From Eledone cirrhosa (lineage: Eukaryota), in NCBI GenBank assembly GCA_964016885.1, contig OZ024744.1:27218001-27282000 (forward strand): a stretch of DNA of 64,000 bases. The letters are read 5' to 3'. The translations under genes and the position numbers were made by a program. The notes under the pieces are model-generated. The model was not told the DNA's origin. It saw only the letters and a program-made list of their open reading frames with translations, and made no database searches. Shown here in pieces: positions 1 through 13,139 of the stretch; within the stretch, counting starts at the first letter, position 1; every line of letters begins with the position of its first letter.

Positions 1-2700
1 AGGGAGGGAACCTTAGGGACAGGGACACCAGAAGTCTCCACTGTTACGGCTAGGCATCTCAGTGCATGTGGTGGTAAGAAGGGAGGTAACCTTAGGGACA
101 GGCACACCAGAAGTCTCCACTGCTACGGCTAGGCATCTCAGTGCATGTGGTGGTAAGAAAGGAGGTAACCTTTGTGCCAGGGACACCAGAAGTCTCCACT
201 GTTACGGCTAGGCATGTCAGTGCGTGTGGTGGTAAGGAGGGAGGTAACCTTAGGGCCAAGGACACCAGAAGTCTCCACTGTTACGGCTAGGCATGTCAGT
301 GCATGTGGTGGTAAGAAGGGAGGTAACCTTAGGGCCAGGGACAGCAGAAGTCTCCACTGTTACGGCTAGGCATCTCAGTGCATGTGGTGGTAAGAAGGGA
401 GGTAACCTTAGGGCAGGGACACCAGAAGTCTCCACTGCTACGGCTAGGCATCTCAGTGCATGTGGTGGTAAGAAGGAAGTAACCTTAGGGCCAGGGACAC
501 CAGAAGTCTCCACTGCTACGGCTAGGCATCTCAGTGCATGTGGTGGTAAGAAGGGGGGTAACCTTAGGTCCAGGGACACCAGAAGTCTCCACTGCTACGG
601 CTAGGCATCTCAGTTCATATGGTGGTAAGAAAGGAGGTAACCTTAGGGCCAAGGACACCAGAAGTCTCCACTGTTACGGCTAGGCATCTCAGTGCATGTG
701 GTAGTTAGAAGGGAGGTAACCTTAGGGCCAAGGACACCAGAAGTCTCCACTGCTACGGCTAGGCATCTCAGTGCATGTGGTGGTAAGAAAAGAGGTAACC
801 TTAGGGCGAGGGACAGCAGAAGTCTCCACTGCTACGGCTAGGCATCTCAGTGCATGTGGTGGTAAGAAGGGAGGTAACCTTAGGGCCAGGGACACCAGAA
901 GTCTACACTGTTACGGCTAGGCATATCAGTGCATGTGGTGGTAAGAAGGGAGGTAACCTTAGGGCCCGGGACACCAGAAGACTCCACTTTTACGGCTAGG
1001 CATGTCAGTGCATGTGGTGGTAAGAAGGGAGCTAACCTTAGGGCCAAAGACACCAGAAGTCTCCACTGTTACGGCTAGGCATCTCAGTGCATGTGGTGGT
1101 AAGAAGGGAGGTAACCTTAGGTCCAGGGACACCAGACGTCTCCACTGCTACGGCTAGGCATCTCAGTGCATGTGGTGGTAAGAAGGGAGGTAAACTTAGG
1201 GCCAAGGACACCAGAAGTCTCCACTGTTACGGCTAGGCATCTCAGTGCATGTGTTGGTAAGAAGGGAGGTAACCTTAGGGACAGGGACACCAGAAGACTC
1301 CACTGCTACGGCTAGGCATCTCAGTGCATGTGGTGGTAAGAGGGAGGTAACCTTAGGGACAGGCACACCAGAAGTCTCCACTGCTACGGCTAGGCATCTC
1401 AGTGCATGTGGTGGTAAGAAAGGAGGCAACCTTTGTGCCAGGGACACCAGAAGTCTCCACTGTTACGGCTAGGCATGTCAGTGCGTGTGGTGGTAAGGAG
1501 GGAGGTAACCTTAGGGCCAAGGACACCAGATGTCTCCACTGTTACGGCTAGGCATGTCAGTGCATGTGGTGGTAAGAAGGGAGGTAACCTTAGGGCCAGG
1601 GACAGCAGAAGTCTCCACTGCTACGGCTAGGCATCTCAGTAAATGTGGTGGTAAGAGGGGAGGTAACCTTAGGGCCAGGGACACCAGAAGTCTCCACTGT
1701 TACGGCTAGGCATCTCACTTCATGTGGTGGTAAGAAGGGAGGTAACCTTAGGGCCAAGGACACCAGAAGTCTCCACTGCTACGGCTAGGCATCTCAGTGC
1801 ATGTGGTGGTAAGAAGGGAGGTAACCTTAGGGCCAAGGACACCAGAAGTTACCACTGCTACGACTAGGCATCTCAGTGCATGTGGTGGTAATAAGGGAGG
1901 TAACCTTAGGGTCAGGGACACCAGAAGACTCCACTGTTACGGCTAGGCATCTCAGTGCATGTGGTGGTAAGGAGGGAGATAACCTTAGGGCCAAGGACAC
2001 CAGAAGTCTCCACTGTTACGGCTAGGCATCTCAGTGCATGTGGTGGTAAGAAGGGAGGTAACCTTAGGGCAGGGACATCAGAAGTCTCCACTGCTACGGC
2101 TAGGCATCTCAGTGCATGTGGTGGTAAGAAGGAAGTAACCTTAGGGCCAGGGACACCAGAAGTCTCCACTGCTACGGCTAGGCATCTCAGTGCATGTGGT
2201 GGTAAGAAGGGGGGTAACCTTAGGTCCAGGGACACCAGAAGTCTCCACTGCTACGGCTAGGCATCTCAGTTCATATGGTGGTAAGAAGGGAGGTAACCTT
2301 AGGGCCAAGGACACCAGAAGTCTCCACTGTTACGGCTAGGCATCTCAGTGCATGTGGTGGTTAGAAGGGAGGTAACCTTAGGGCCAAAGACACCAGAAGT
2401 CTCCACTGCTACGGCTAGGCATCTCAGTGCATGTGGTGGTAAGAAGGGAGGTAACCTTAGGGCGAGGGACAGCAGAAGTCTCCACTGCTACGGCTAGGCG
2501 TCTCAGTGCATGTGGTGGTAAGAAGGGAGGTAACCTTAGGGCCAGGGACACCAGAAGTCTACACTGTTACGCCTAGGCATATCAGTGCATGTGGTGGTAA
2601 GAAGGGAGGTAACCTTAGGGCCAGGGACACCAGAAGACTCCACTGTTACGGCTAGGCATCTCAGTGCATGTGGTGGTAAGAAGGGAGGTAAACTTAGGGC
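1..2700 (+). repeat. Imperfectly duplicated multi-monomer block (offsets ~16 and ~21 monomers)
   Basis: The variant run GGGACAGGCAC / CTTTGTGCC / GTGCGTG recurs at 172 and 1433 (offset 1261). The run GGGCAGGG-deletion / AAGGAAGTAA / AAGGGGGG / GTTCATAT recurs at ~410-620 and ~2070-2277 (offset 1656). Confidence 0.75.
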
Positions 2701-5700
2701 CAGGGACACCAGAAGTCTCCACTGTTACGGCTAGGCATCTCACTTCATGTGGTGGTAAGAAGGGAGGTAACCTTAGGGCCAAGGACACCAGAAGTCTCCA
2801 CTGCTACGGCTAGGCATCTCAGTGCATGTGGTGGTAAGAAGGGAGGAAACCTTAGGGCCAGGGACACCAGAAGTCTCCACTTTTAGGGCTAGGCATGTCA
2901 GTGCACTTGGTGGTAAGAAGGGAGGTAACCTTAGGTCCAAGGACACCAGAAGTCTCCACTGTTACGGCTAGGCATCTCAGTGCATGTGGTGGTAAGAAGG
3001 GAGGTAACCTTAGGGCCAGGGACACCAGAAGACTCCACTGCTACGGCTAGGCATCTCAGTGCATGTGGTGGTAAGAAGGGAGGTAACCTTAGGTCCAAGG
3101 ACACCAGAAGTCTCCACTGTTACGGCTAGGCATCTCAGTGCATGTGGTGGTAAGAAGAGAGGTAACCTTAGGGCCAGGGACACCAGAAGACTCCACTGCT
3201 ACGGCTAGGCATCTCAGTGCATGTGGTGGTAAGAAGGGAGGTAACCTTAGGGCCAAGGACACCAGAAGTCTCCACTGTTACGTCTAGGCATGTCAGTGCA
3301 TGTGGTGGTAAGAAGGGAGGGAACCTTAGGTCCAGGGACACCAGAAGTCTCCACTGCTACGGCTAGGCATCTCAGTGCATGTGGTGGTAAGAAGGGAGGT
3401 AACCTTAGGTCCAGGGACACCAGAAGTTTCCACTGCTACGGCTAGGCATCTCAGTTCATGTGGTGGTGAGAAGGGAGGTAACCTTAGGGCCAAGGACACC
3501 AGAAGTCTCCACTGTTACGGCTAGGCATCTCAGTGCATGTGGTGGTAAGAAGGGAGGTAACCTTAGGGTCAAGGACACCAGAAGTCTCCACTGCTACGGC
3601 TAGGCATCTCAGTGCATGTGGTGGTAAGAAGGCAGGTAACCTTAGGGGCAGGGACAGCAGAAGTCTCCACTGCTGCAGCTAGGCATCTCAGTGGATGTGG
3701 TGGTAAGAAGGGAGGTAACCTTAGGGCCAGGGACACCAGAAGACTCCACTGTTACGGCTAGGCATCTCAGTGCATGTGGTGGTAAGAATGAGGTAACCTT
3801 AGGGCCAGGGACACCAGAAGTCTCCACTGTTACGGCTAGGCATCTCGGTGCATGTGGTGGTAAGAAGGGAGGTAACCTTAGGGCCAGGGACACCAGAAGA
3901 CTCCACTGCTACGGCTAGGCATCTCAGTGCATGTGGTGGTAAGAAGGGAGGTAACCTTAGGGCCAAGGACACCAGAAGTCTCCACTGTTACGGCTAGGCA
4001 TGTCAGTGCATGTGGTGGTAAGAAGGGAGGGAACCTTAGGGCCAGGGACACCAGAAGTCTCCACTGTTACGGCTAGGCATCTCAGTGCATGTGGTGGTAA
4101 GAAGGGAGGTAACCTTAGGGCCAGGGACACCAGAAGTGTCCACTGCTACGACTAGGCATCCCAGTGCATGTGGTGGTAAGAAGGGAGGTAACCTTAGGGC
4201 CAGGGACACTAGAAGTCTCCAGTGTTACGGCTAGGCATCTCAGTGCATGTGGTGGTAAGAAGGGAGGGAACCTTAGGGCCAGGGACACCAGAAGTCTCCA
4301 CTGTTACGGCTAGGCATCTCAGTGCATGGGGTGTTAAGAAGGGAGGGAATCTTAGGGCCAGGCACATCAGAAGTCTCCACTGCTACGGCTAGGCATCTCA
4401 GTGCATGTGGTGGTAAGAAAGGAGGTAACCTTAGGTCCAGGGACACCAGAAGTCTCCACTGTTACGGCTAGGCATCTCAGTGCATGTGGTGGTAAGAAGG
4501 GAGGTAACCTTAGGGCCAGGGACACCAGAAGTCTCCACTGCTACGGCTAGGCATCTCAGTTCATGTGGTGGTAAGAAGGGAGGTAACCTTAGGGCCAAGG
4601 ACACCAGAAGTCTCCACTGTTACAGCTAGGCATCTCAGTGCATGTGGTGGTAAGAAGGGATGTAACCTTAGGTCCAGGGACACCAGAAGTCTCCACTGCT
4701 ACGGCTAGGCATCTCAGTGCATGTGGTGGTAAGAAGGGAGGTAACCTTAGGGCCAGGGACAGCAGAAGTCTCCACTGCAACGGCTAGGCATCTCAGTGCA
4801 TGTGGTGGTAAGAAGGGAGGTAACCTTAGGGCCAGGGACACCAGAAGTCTACACTGTTACGGCTAGTTATATCAGTGCATGTGGTGGTAAGAAAGGAGGT
4901 AACCTTAGGGCCAGGGACACCAGAAGACTCCACTGTTACGGCTAGGCATCTCAGTGCATGTGGTGGTAAGAAGGGAGGTAACCTTAGGTCCAAGGACACA
5001 AGAAGTCTCCACTGTTACGGCTAGGCATCTCAGTGCATGTGGTGGTAAGAAGGGAGGTAACCTTAGAGCCAGGGAGACCGGACGTCTCCACTGCTACGGC
5101 TAGTCATCTCAGTGCATGTGGTGGTAAGAATGGAGGTAACCTTAGGGCCAAGGACACCAGAAGTCTCTACTGTTACGCCTAGGCATCTCAGTGCATGTGG
5201 TGGTAAGAAGGAAGTAACCTTAGGCCCAGGGACACCAGAAGTCTCCACTGCTACGGCTAGGCATCTCAGTGCATGTGGTGGTAAGAAGGGAGGTAACCTT
5301 AGGGCCAGGGACAGCAGAAGTCTCCACTGTTACGGCTAGGCATATCAGTGCATGTGGTTGTAAGAAGGGAGTTAACCTTAGGGCCAAGGACACCAGAAGT
5401 CTCCACTGGCACGGCTAGGCATCTCAGTGCATGTGGTGGTAAGAAGGGAGGTAACCTTAGCGCCACGGACACCAGAAGTCTCCACTGCTACGGCTAGGCA
5501 TGTCAGTGCATGTGGTGGTAAGAAGGGAGGTAACCTTAGGGCCAGGGACTCCAGAAGTCTCAACTGCTACGGCTAGTCATCTCAGTGCATGTGGTGGTAA
5601 GAATGGAGGTAACCTTAGGGCCAAGGACACCAGAAGACTCCACTGTTACGGCTAGGCATGTCAGTGCATGTGGTGGTAAGAAGGGAGGTAACCTTAGGGC

Positions 5701-6959
5701 CAAGGACACCAGAAGACTCCACTGTTACGGCTAGGCATGTCAGTGCATGTGGTGGTAAGAAGGGAGGTAACCTTAGGGCCCGGGACACCAGAAGACTCCA
5801 CTGTTACGGCTAGGCATCTCAGTGCATGTGGTGGTAAGAGGGAGGTAACCTTAGGGCCAAGGACACCAGAAGTCTCCACTGTTACGGCTAGGCATGTCAG
5901 TGCATGTGGTGGTAAGAAGGGAGGTAACCTTAGGGCCAAGGACACCAGAAGTCTCCACTGTTACGGCTAGGCATGTCAGTGCATGTGGTGGTAAGAAGGG
6001 AGCTAACCTTAGGGCCAGGGACACCAGAAGTCTCCACTGTTACGGCTAGGCATCTCAGTGCATGTGGTGGTAAGAAGGGAGGTAACCTTAGGGCCAAAGA
6101 CACCAGAAGTCTCCACTGTTACGGCTAGGCATGTCAGTGCATGTGGTGGTAAGAAGGGAGGTAACCTTAGGGCCAGGGACACCAGAAGTCTCCACTGTTA
6201 CGGCTAGGCATCTCAGTGCATGTGGTGGTAAGAAGGGAGGTAACCTTAGGGTCAAGGACACCAGAAGTCTCCACTGCTACGGCTAGGCATCTCAGTGCAT
6301 GTGGTGGTAAGAAGGCAGGTAACCTTAGGGCCAGGGACACCAGAAGACTCCACTGCTACGGCTAGGCATCTCAGTGCATGTGGTGGTAAGAAGGGAGGTA
6401 ACCTTAGGTCCAAGGACACCAGAAGTCTCCACTGTTACGGCTAGGCATCTCAGTGCATGTGGTGGTAAGAAGAGAGGTAACCTTAGGGCCAGGGACACCA
6501 GAAGACTCCACTGCTACGGCTAGGCATCTCAGTGCATGTGGTGGTAAGAAGGGAGGTAACCTTAGGGCCAAGGACACCAGAAGTCTCCACTGTTACGTCT
6601 AGGCATGTCAGTGCATGTGGTGGTAAGAAGGGAGGGAACCTTAGGTCCAGGGACACCAGAAGTCTCCACTGTTACGGCTAGGCATCTCGGTGCATGTGGT
6701 GGTAAGAAGGGAGGTAACCTTAGGGCCAGGGACACCAGAAGACTCCACTGCTACGGCTAGGCATCTCAGTGCATGTGGTGGTAAGAAGGGAGGTAACCTT
6801 AGGGCCAAGGACACCAGAAGTCTCCACTGTTACGGCTAGGCATGTCAGTGCATGTGGTGGTAAGAAGGGAGGGAACCTTAGGGCCAGGGACACCAGAAGT
6901 CTCCACTGTTACGGCTAGGCATCTCAGTGCATGTGGTGGTAAGAAGGGAGGTAACCTTA

Positions 6960-9900
6960 GGGCCAGGGACACCAGAAGTGTCCACTGCTACGACTAGGCA
7001 TCTCAGTGCATGTGGTGGTAAGAAGGGAGGTAACCTTAGGGCCAGGGACACTAGAAGTCTCCAGTGTTACGGCTAGGCATCTCAGTGCATGTGGTGGTAA
7101 GAAGGGAGGGAACCTTAGGGCCAGGGACACCAGAAGTCTCCACTGTTACGGCTAGGCATCTCAGTGCATGGGGTGGTAAGAAGGGAGGGAATCTTAGGGC
7201 CAGGCACATCAGAAGTCTCCACTGCTACGGCTAGGCATCTCAGTGCATGTGGTGGTAAGAAAGGAGGTAACCTTAGGTCCAGGGACACCAGAAGTCTCCA
7301 CTGTTACGGCTAGGCATCTCAGTGCATGTGGTGGTAAGAAGGGAGGTAACCTTAGGGCCAGGGACACCAGAAGTCTCCACTGCTACGGCTAGGCATCTCA
7401 GTGCATGTGGTGGTATGAAGGGAGGGAACCTTAGGTCCAGGGACACCAGAAGTCTCCACTGCTACGGCTAGGCATCTCAGTTCATGTGGTGGTAAGAAGG
7501 GAGGTAACCTTAGGGCCAAGGACACCAGAAGTCTCCACTGTTACAGCTAGGCATCTCAGTGCATGTGGTGGTAAGAAGGGATGTAACCTTAGGTCCAGGG
7601 ACACCAGAAGTCTCCACTGCTACGGCTAGGCATCTCAGTGCATGTGGTGGTAAGAAGGGAGGTAACCTTAGGGCCAGGGACAGCAGAAGTCTCCACTGCA
7701 ACGGCTAGGCATCTCAGTGCATGTGGTGGTAAGAAGGGAGGTAACCTTAGGGCCAGGGACACCAGAAGTCTACACTGTTACGGCTAGGCATCTCAGTGCA
7801 TGTGGTGGTAAGAAGGGAGGTAACCTTAGGTCCAAGGACACAAGAAGTCTCCACTGTTACGGCTAGGCATCTCAGTGCATGTGGTGGTAAGAAGGGAGGT
7901 AACCTTAGAGCCAGGGAGACCAGACGTCTCCACTGCTACGGCTAGTCATCTCAGTGCATGTGGTGGTAAGAATGGAGGTAACCTTAGGGCCAAGGACACC
8001 AGAAGTCTCTACTGTTACGCCTAGGCATCTCAGTGCATGTGGTGGTAAGAAGGAAGTAACCTTAGGCCCAGGGACACCAGAAGTCTCCACTGCTACGGCT
8101 AGGCATCTCAGTGCATGTGGTGGTAAGAAGGGAGGTAACCTTAGGGCCAGGGACAGCAGAAGTCTCCACTGTTACGGCTAGGCATATCAGTGCATGTGGT
8201 TGTAAGAAGGGAGTTAACCTTAGGGCCAAGGACACCAGAAGTCTCCACTGGCACGGCTAGGCATCTCAGTGCATGTGGTGGTAAGAAGGGAGGTAACCTT
8301 AGCGCCACGGACACCAGAAGTCTCCACTGCTACGGCTAGGCATGTCAGTGCATGTGGTGGTAAGAAGGGAGGTAACCTTAGGGCCAGGGACTCCAGAAGT
8401 CTCAACTGCTACGGCTAGTCATCTCAGTGCATGTGGTGGTAAGAATGGAGGTAACCTTAGGGCCAAGGACACCAGAAGACTCCACTGTTACGGCTAGGCA
8501 TGTCAGTGCATGTGGTGGTAAGAAGGGAGGTAACCTTAGGGCCAAGGACACCAGAAGACTCCACTGTTACGGCTAGGCATGTCAGTGCATGTGGTGGTAA
8601 GATGGGAGGTAACCTTAGGGCCCGGGACACCAGAAGACTCCACTGTTACGGCTAGGCATCTCAGTGCATGTGGTGGTAAGAGGGAGGTAACCTTAGGGCC
8701 AAGGACACCAGAAGTCTCCACTGTTACGGCTAGGCATGTCAGTGCATGTGCTGGTAAGAAGGGAGGTAACCATAGGGCCAAGGACACCAGAAGTCTCCAC
8801 TGTTACGGCTAGGCATGTCAGTGCATGTGGTGGTACGAAGGGAGCTAACCTTAGGGCCAGGGACACCAGAAGTCTCCACTGTTACGGCTAGGCATCTCAG
8901 TGCATGTGGTGGTAAGAAGGGAGGTAACCTTAGGGCCAAAGACACCAGAAGTCTCCACTGTTACGGCTAGGCATGTCAGTGCATGTGGTGGTAAGAAGGG
9001 AGGTAACCTTAGGTCCAGGGACACCAGAAGTCTCCACTGTTACGGCTAGGCATCTCAGTGCATGTGGTGGTAAGAAGGGAGGTAACCTTAGGGTCAAGGA
9101 CACCAGAAGTCTCCACTGCTACGGCTAGGCATCTCAGTGCATGTGGTGGTAAGAAGGGAGGTAACCTTAGGGCCAAGGACACTAGAAGTCTCCACTGTTA
9201 CGTCTAGGCATGTCAGTGCATGTGGTGGTAAGAAGGGAGGGAACCTTAGGTCCAGGGACACCAGAAGTCTCCACTGCTACGGCTAGGCATCTCAGTGCAT
9301 GTGGTGGTAAGAAGGGAGGTAACCTTAGGTCCAGGGACACCAGAAGTTTCCACTGCTACGGCTAGGCATCTCAGTTCATGTGGTGGTGAGAAGGGAGGTA
9401 ACCTTAGGGCCAAGGACACCAGAAGTCTCCACTGTTACGGCTAGGCATCTCAGTGCATGTGGTGGTAAGAAGGGAGGTAACCTTAGGGTCAAGGACACCA
9501 GAAGTCTCCACTGCTACGGCTAGGCATCTCAGTGCATGTGGTGGTAAGAAGGCAGGTAACCTTAGGGCCAGGGACACCAGAAGTGTCCACTGCTACGACT
9601 AGGCATCTCAGTGCATGTGGTGGTAAGAAGGGAGGTAACCTTAGGGCCAGGGACACTAGAAGTCTCCAGTGTTACGGCTAGGCATCTCAGTGCATGTGGT
9701 GGTAAGAAGGGAGGGAACCTTAGGGCCAGGGACACCAGAAGTCTCCACTGTTACGGCTAGGCATCTCAGTGCATGGGGTGGTAAGAAGGGAGGGAATCTT
9801 AGGGCCAGGCACATCAGAAGTCTCCACTGCTACGGCTAGGCATCTCAGTGCATGTGGTGGTAAGAAAGGAGGTAACCTTAGGTCCAGGGACACCAGAAGT

Positions 9901-12170
9901 CTCCACTGTTACGGCTAGGCATCTCAGTGCATGTGGTGGTAAGAAGGGAGGTAACCTTAGGGCCAGGGACACCAGAAGTCTCCACTGCTACGGCTAGGCA
10001 TCTCAGTGCATGTGGTGGTATGAAGGGAGGGAACCTTAGGTCCAGGGACACCAGAAGTCTCCACTGCTACGGCTAGGCATCTCAGTTCATGTGGTGGTAA
10101 GAAGGGAGGTAACCTTAGGGCCAAGGACACCAGAAGTCTCCACTGTTACAGCTAGGCATCTCAGTGCATGTGGTGGTAAGAAGGGATGTAACCTTAGGTC
10201 CAGGGACACCAGAAGTCTCCACTGCTACGGCTAGGCATCTCAGTGCATGTGGTGGTAAGAAGGGAGGTAACCTTAGGGCCAGGGACAGCAGAAGTCTCCA
10301 CTGCAACGGCTAGGCATCTCAGTGCATGTGGTGGTAAGAAGGGAGGTAACCTTAGGGCCAGGGACACCAGAAGTCTACACTGTTACGGCTAGGCATCTCA
10401 GTGCATGTGGTGGTAAGAAGGGAGGTAACCTTAGGTCCAAGGACACAAGAAGTCTCCACTGTTACGGCTAGGCATCTCAGTGCATGTGGTGGTAAGAAGG
10501 GAGGTAACCTTAGAGCCAGGGAGACCAGACGTCTCCACTGCTACGGCTAGTCATCTCAGTGCATGTGGTGGTAAGAATGGAGGTAACCTTAGGGCCAAGG
10601 ACACCAGAAGTCTCTACTGTTACGCCTAGGCATCTCAGTGCATGTGGTGGTAAGAAGGAAGTAACCTTAGGCCCAGGGACACCAGAAGTCTCCACTGCTA
10701 CGGCTAGGCATCTCAGTGCATGTGGTGGTAAGAAGGGAGGTAACCTTAGGGCCAGGGACAGCAGAAGTCTCCACTGTTACGGCTAGGCATATCAGTGCAT
10801 GTGGTTGTAAGAAGGGAGTTAACCTTAGGGCCAAGGACACCAGAAGTCTCCACTGGCACGGCTAGGCATCTCAGTGCATGTGGTGGTAAGAAGGGAGGTA
10901 ACCTTAGCGCCACGGACACCAGAAGTCTCCACTGCTACGGCTAGGCATGTCAGTGCATGTGGTGGTAAGAAGGGAGGTAACCTTAGGGCCAGGGACTCCA
11001 GAAGTCTCAACTGCTACGGCTAGTCATCTCAGTGCATGTGGTGGTAAGAATGGAGGTAACCTTAGGGCCAAGGACACCAGAAGACTCCACTGTTACGGCT
11101 AGGCATGTCAGTGCATGTGGTGGTAAGAAGGGAGGTAACCTTAGGGCCAAGGACACCAGAAGACTCCACTGTTACGGCTAGGCATGTCAGTGCATGTGGT
11201 GGTAAGATGGGAGGTAACCTTAGGGCCCGGGACACCAGAAGACTCCACTGTTACGGCTAGGCATCTCAGTGCATGTGGTGGTAAGAGGGAGGTAACCTTA
11301 GGGCCAAGGACACCAGAAGTCTCCACTGTTACGGCTAGGCATGTCAGTGCATGTGCTGGTAAGAAGGGAGGTAACCATAGGGCCAAGGACACCAGAAGTC
11401 TCCACTGTTACGGCTAGGCATGTCAGTGCATGTGGTGGTACGAAGGGAGCTAACCTTAGGGCCAGGGACACCAGAAGTCTCCACTGTTACGGCTAGGCAT
11501 CTCAGTGCATGTGGTGGTAAGAAGGGAGGTAACCTTAGGGCCAAAGACACCAGAAGTCTCCACTGTTACGGCTAGGCATGTCAGTGCATGTGGTGGTAAG
11601 AAGGGAGGTAACCTTAGGTCCAGGGACACCAGAAGTCTCCACTGTTACGGCTAGGCATCTCAGTGCATGTGGTGGTAAGAAGGGAGGTAACCTTAGGGTC
11701 AAGGACACCAGAAGTCTCCACTGCTACGGCTAGGCATCTCAGTGCATGTGGTGGTAAGAAGGGAGGTAACCTTAGGGCCAAGGACACTAGAAGTCTCCAC
11801 TGTTACGTCTAGGCATGTCAGTGCATGTGGTGGTAAGAAGGGAGGGAACCTTAGGTCCAGGGACACCAGAAGTCTCCACTGCTACGGCTAGGCATCTCAG
11901 TGCATGTGGTGGTAAGAAGGGAGGTAACCTTAGGTCCAGGGACACCAGAAGTTTCCACTGCTACGGCTAGGCATCTCAGTTCATGTGGTGGTGAGAAGGG
12001 AGGTAACCTTAGGGCCAAGGACACCAGAAGTCTCCACTGTTACGGCTAGGCATCTCAGTGCATGTGGTGGTAAGAAGGGAGGTAACCTTAGGGTCAAGGA
12101 CACCAGAAGTCTCCACTGCTACGGCTAGGCATCTCAGTGCATGTGGTGGTAAGAAGGCAGGTAACCTTAG
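6960..12170 (+). repeat. Near-identical tandem duplication of a 2605-bp (33-monomer) block
   Basis: Private variants GGTATGAAG (7414/10019), AAGATGGG, GTGCTGGT, AACCATAGG and GGTACGAAG recur at +2605. ORF pairs 8536/11141, 8579/11184 and 8739/11344 translate identically. Confidence 0.92.
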
Positions 12171-13139
12171 GGCCAGGGACAGCAGAAGTCTCCACTGCTG
12201 CAGCTAGGCATCTCAGTGGATGTGGTGGTAAGAAGGGAGGTAACCTTAGGGCCAGGGACACCAGAAGACTCCACTGTTACGGCTAGGCATCTCAGTGCAT
12301 GTGGTGGTAAGAATGAGGTAACCTTAGGGCCAGGGACACCAGAAGTCTCCACTGTTACGGCTAGGCATCTCGGTGCATGTGTTGGTAAGAAGGGAGGTAA
12401 CCTTAGGGCCAGGGACACCAGAAGACTCCACTGCTACGGCTAGGCATCTCAGTGCATGTGGTGGTTAGAAGGGAGGTAACCTTAGGGCCAAGGACACCAG
12501 AAGTCTCCACTGTTACGGCTAGGCATGTCAGTGCATGTGGTGGTAAGAAGGGAGGGAACCTTAGGGCCAGGGACACCAGAAGTCTCCACTGTTACGGCTA
12601 GGCATCTCAGTGCATGTGGTGGTAAGAAGGGAGGTAACCTTAGGGCCAGGGACACCAGAAGTGTCCACTGCTACGGCTAGGCATCTCAGTGCATGTGGTG
12701 GTAAGAAGGGAGGTAACCTTAGGGCCAGGGACACTAGAAGTCTCCAGTGTTACGGCTAGGCATCTCAGTGCATGTGGTGGTAAGAAGGGAGGGAACCTTA
12801 GGGCCAGGGACACCAGAAGTCTCCACTGTTACGGCTAGGCATCTCAGTGCATGGGGTGGTAAGAAGGGAGGGAATCTTAGGGCCAGGCACATCAGAAGTC
12901 TCCACTGCTACGGCTAGGCATCTCAGTGCATGTGGTGGTAAGAAAGGAGGTAACCTTAGGTCCAGGGACACCAGAAGTCTCCACTGTTACGGCTAGGCAT
13001 CTCAGTGCATGTGGTGGTAAGAAGGGAGGTAACCTTAGGGCCAGGGACACCAGAAGTCTCCACTGCTACGGCTAGGCATCTCAGTGCATGTGGTGGTAAG
13101 AAGGGAGGGAACCTTAGGTCCAGGGACACCAGAAGTCTC

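Noticed and set aside
39-64. V(D)J RSS heptamer-like CACTGTT / CTCAGTG, or Tc1/hAT-like CAGTG...CACTG termini
   Set aside because: The matches are only 5-6 bp. There is no ACAAAAACC-like nonamer at a 12/23 spacing, no extended terminal inverted repeat and no target-site duplication.
67-75. Chi-like GTGGTGG motif
   Set aside because: It is not the exact E. coli Chi (GCTGGTGG), and nothing indicates a bacterial context.
55-79. Splice-like signals CTCAG| and |GTAAGA that would define an 11-nt microexon and 68-nt intron per monomer
   Set aside because: There is no polypyrimidine tract or clear branch point, the 11-nt unit is not frame-preserving, and there is no transcript evidence. Such short motifs are expected by chance.
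1-79. Monomer derived from an ancient ~40-bp internal duplication (GTAACCTTAGGGC vs GTTACGGCTAGGC; two AGAAG)
   Set aside because: Similarity is limited to short gapped patches and cannot be distinguished from chance by eye.
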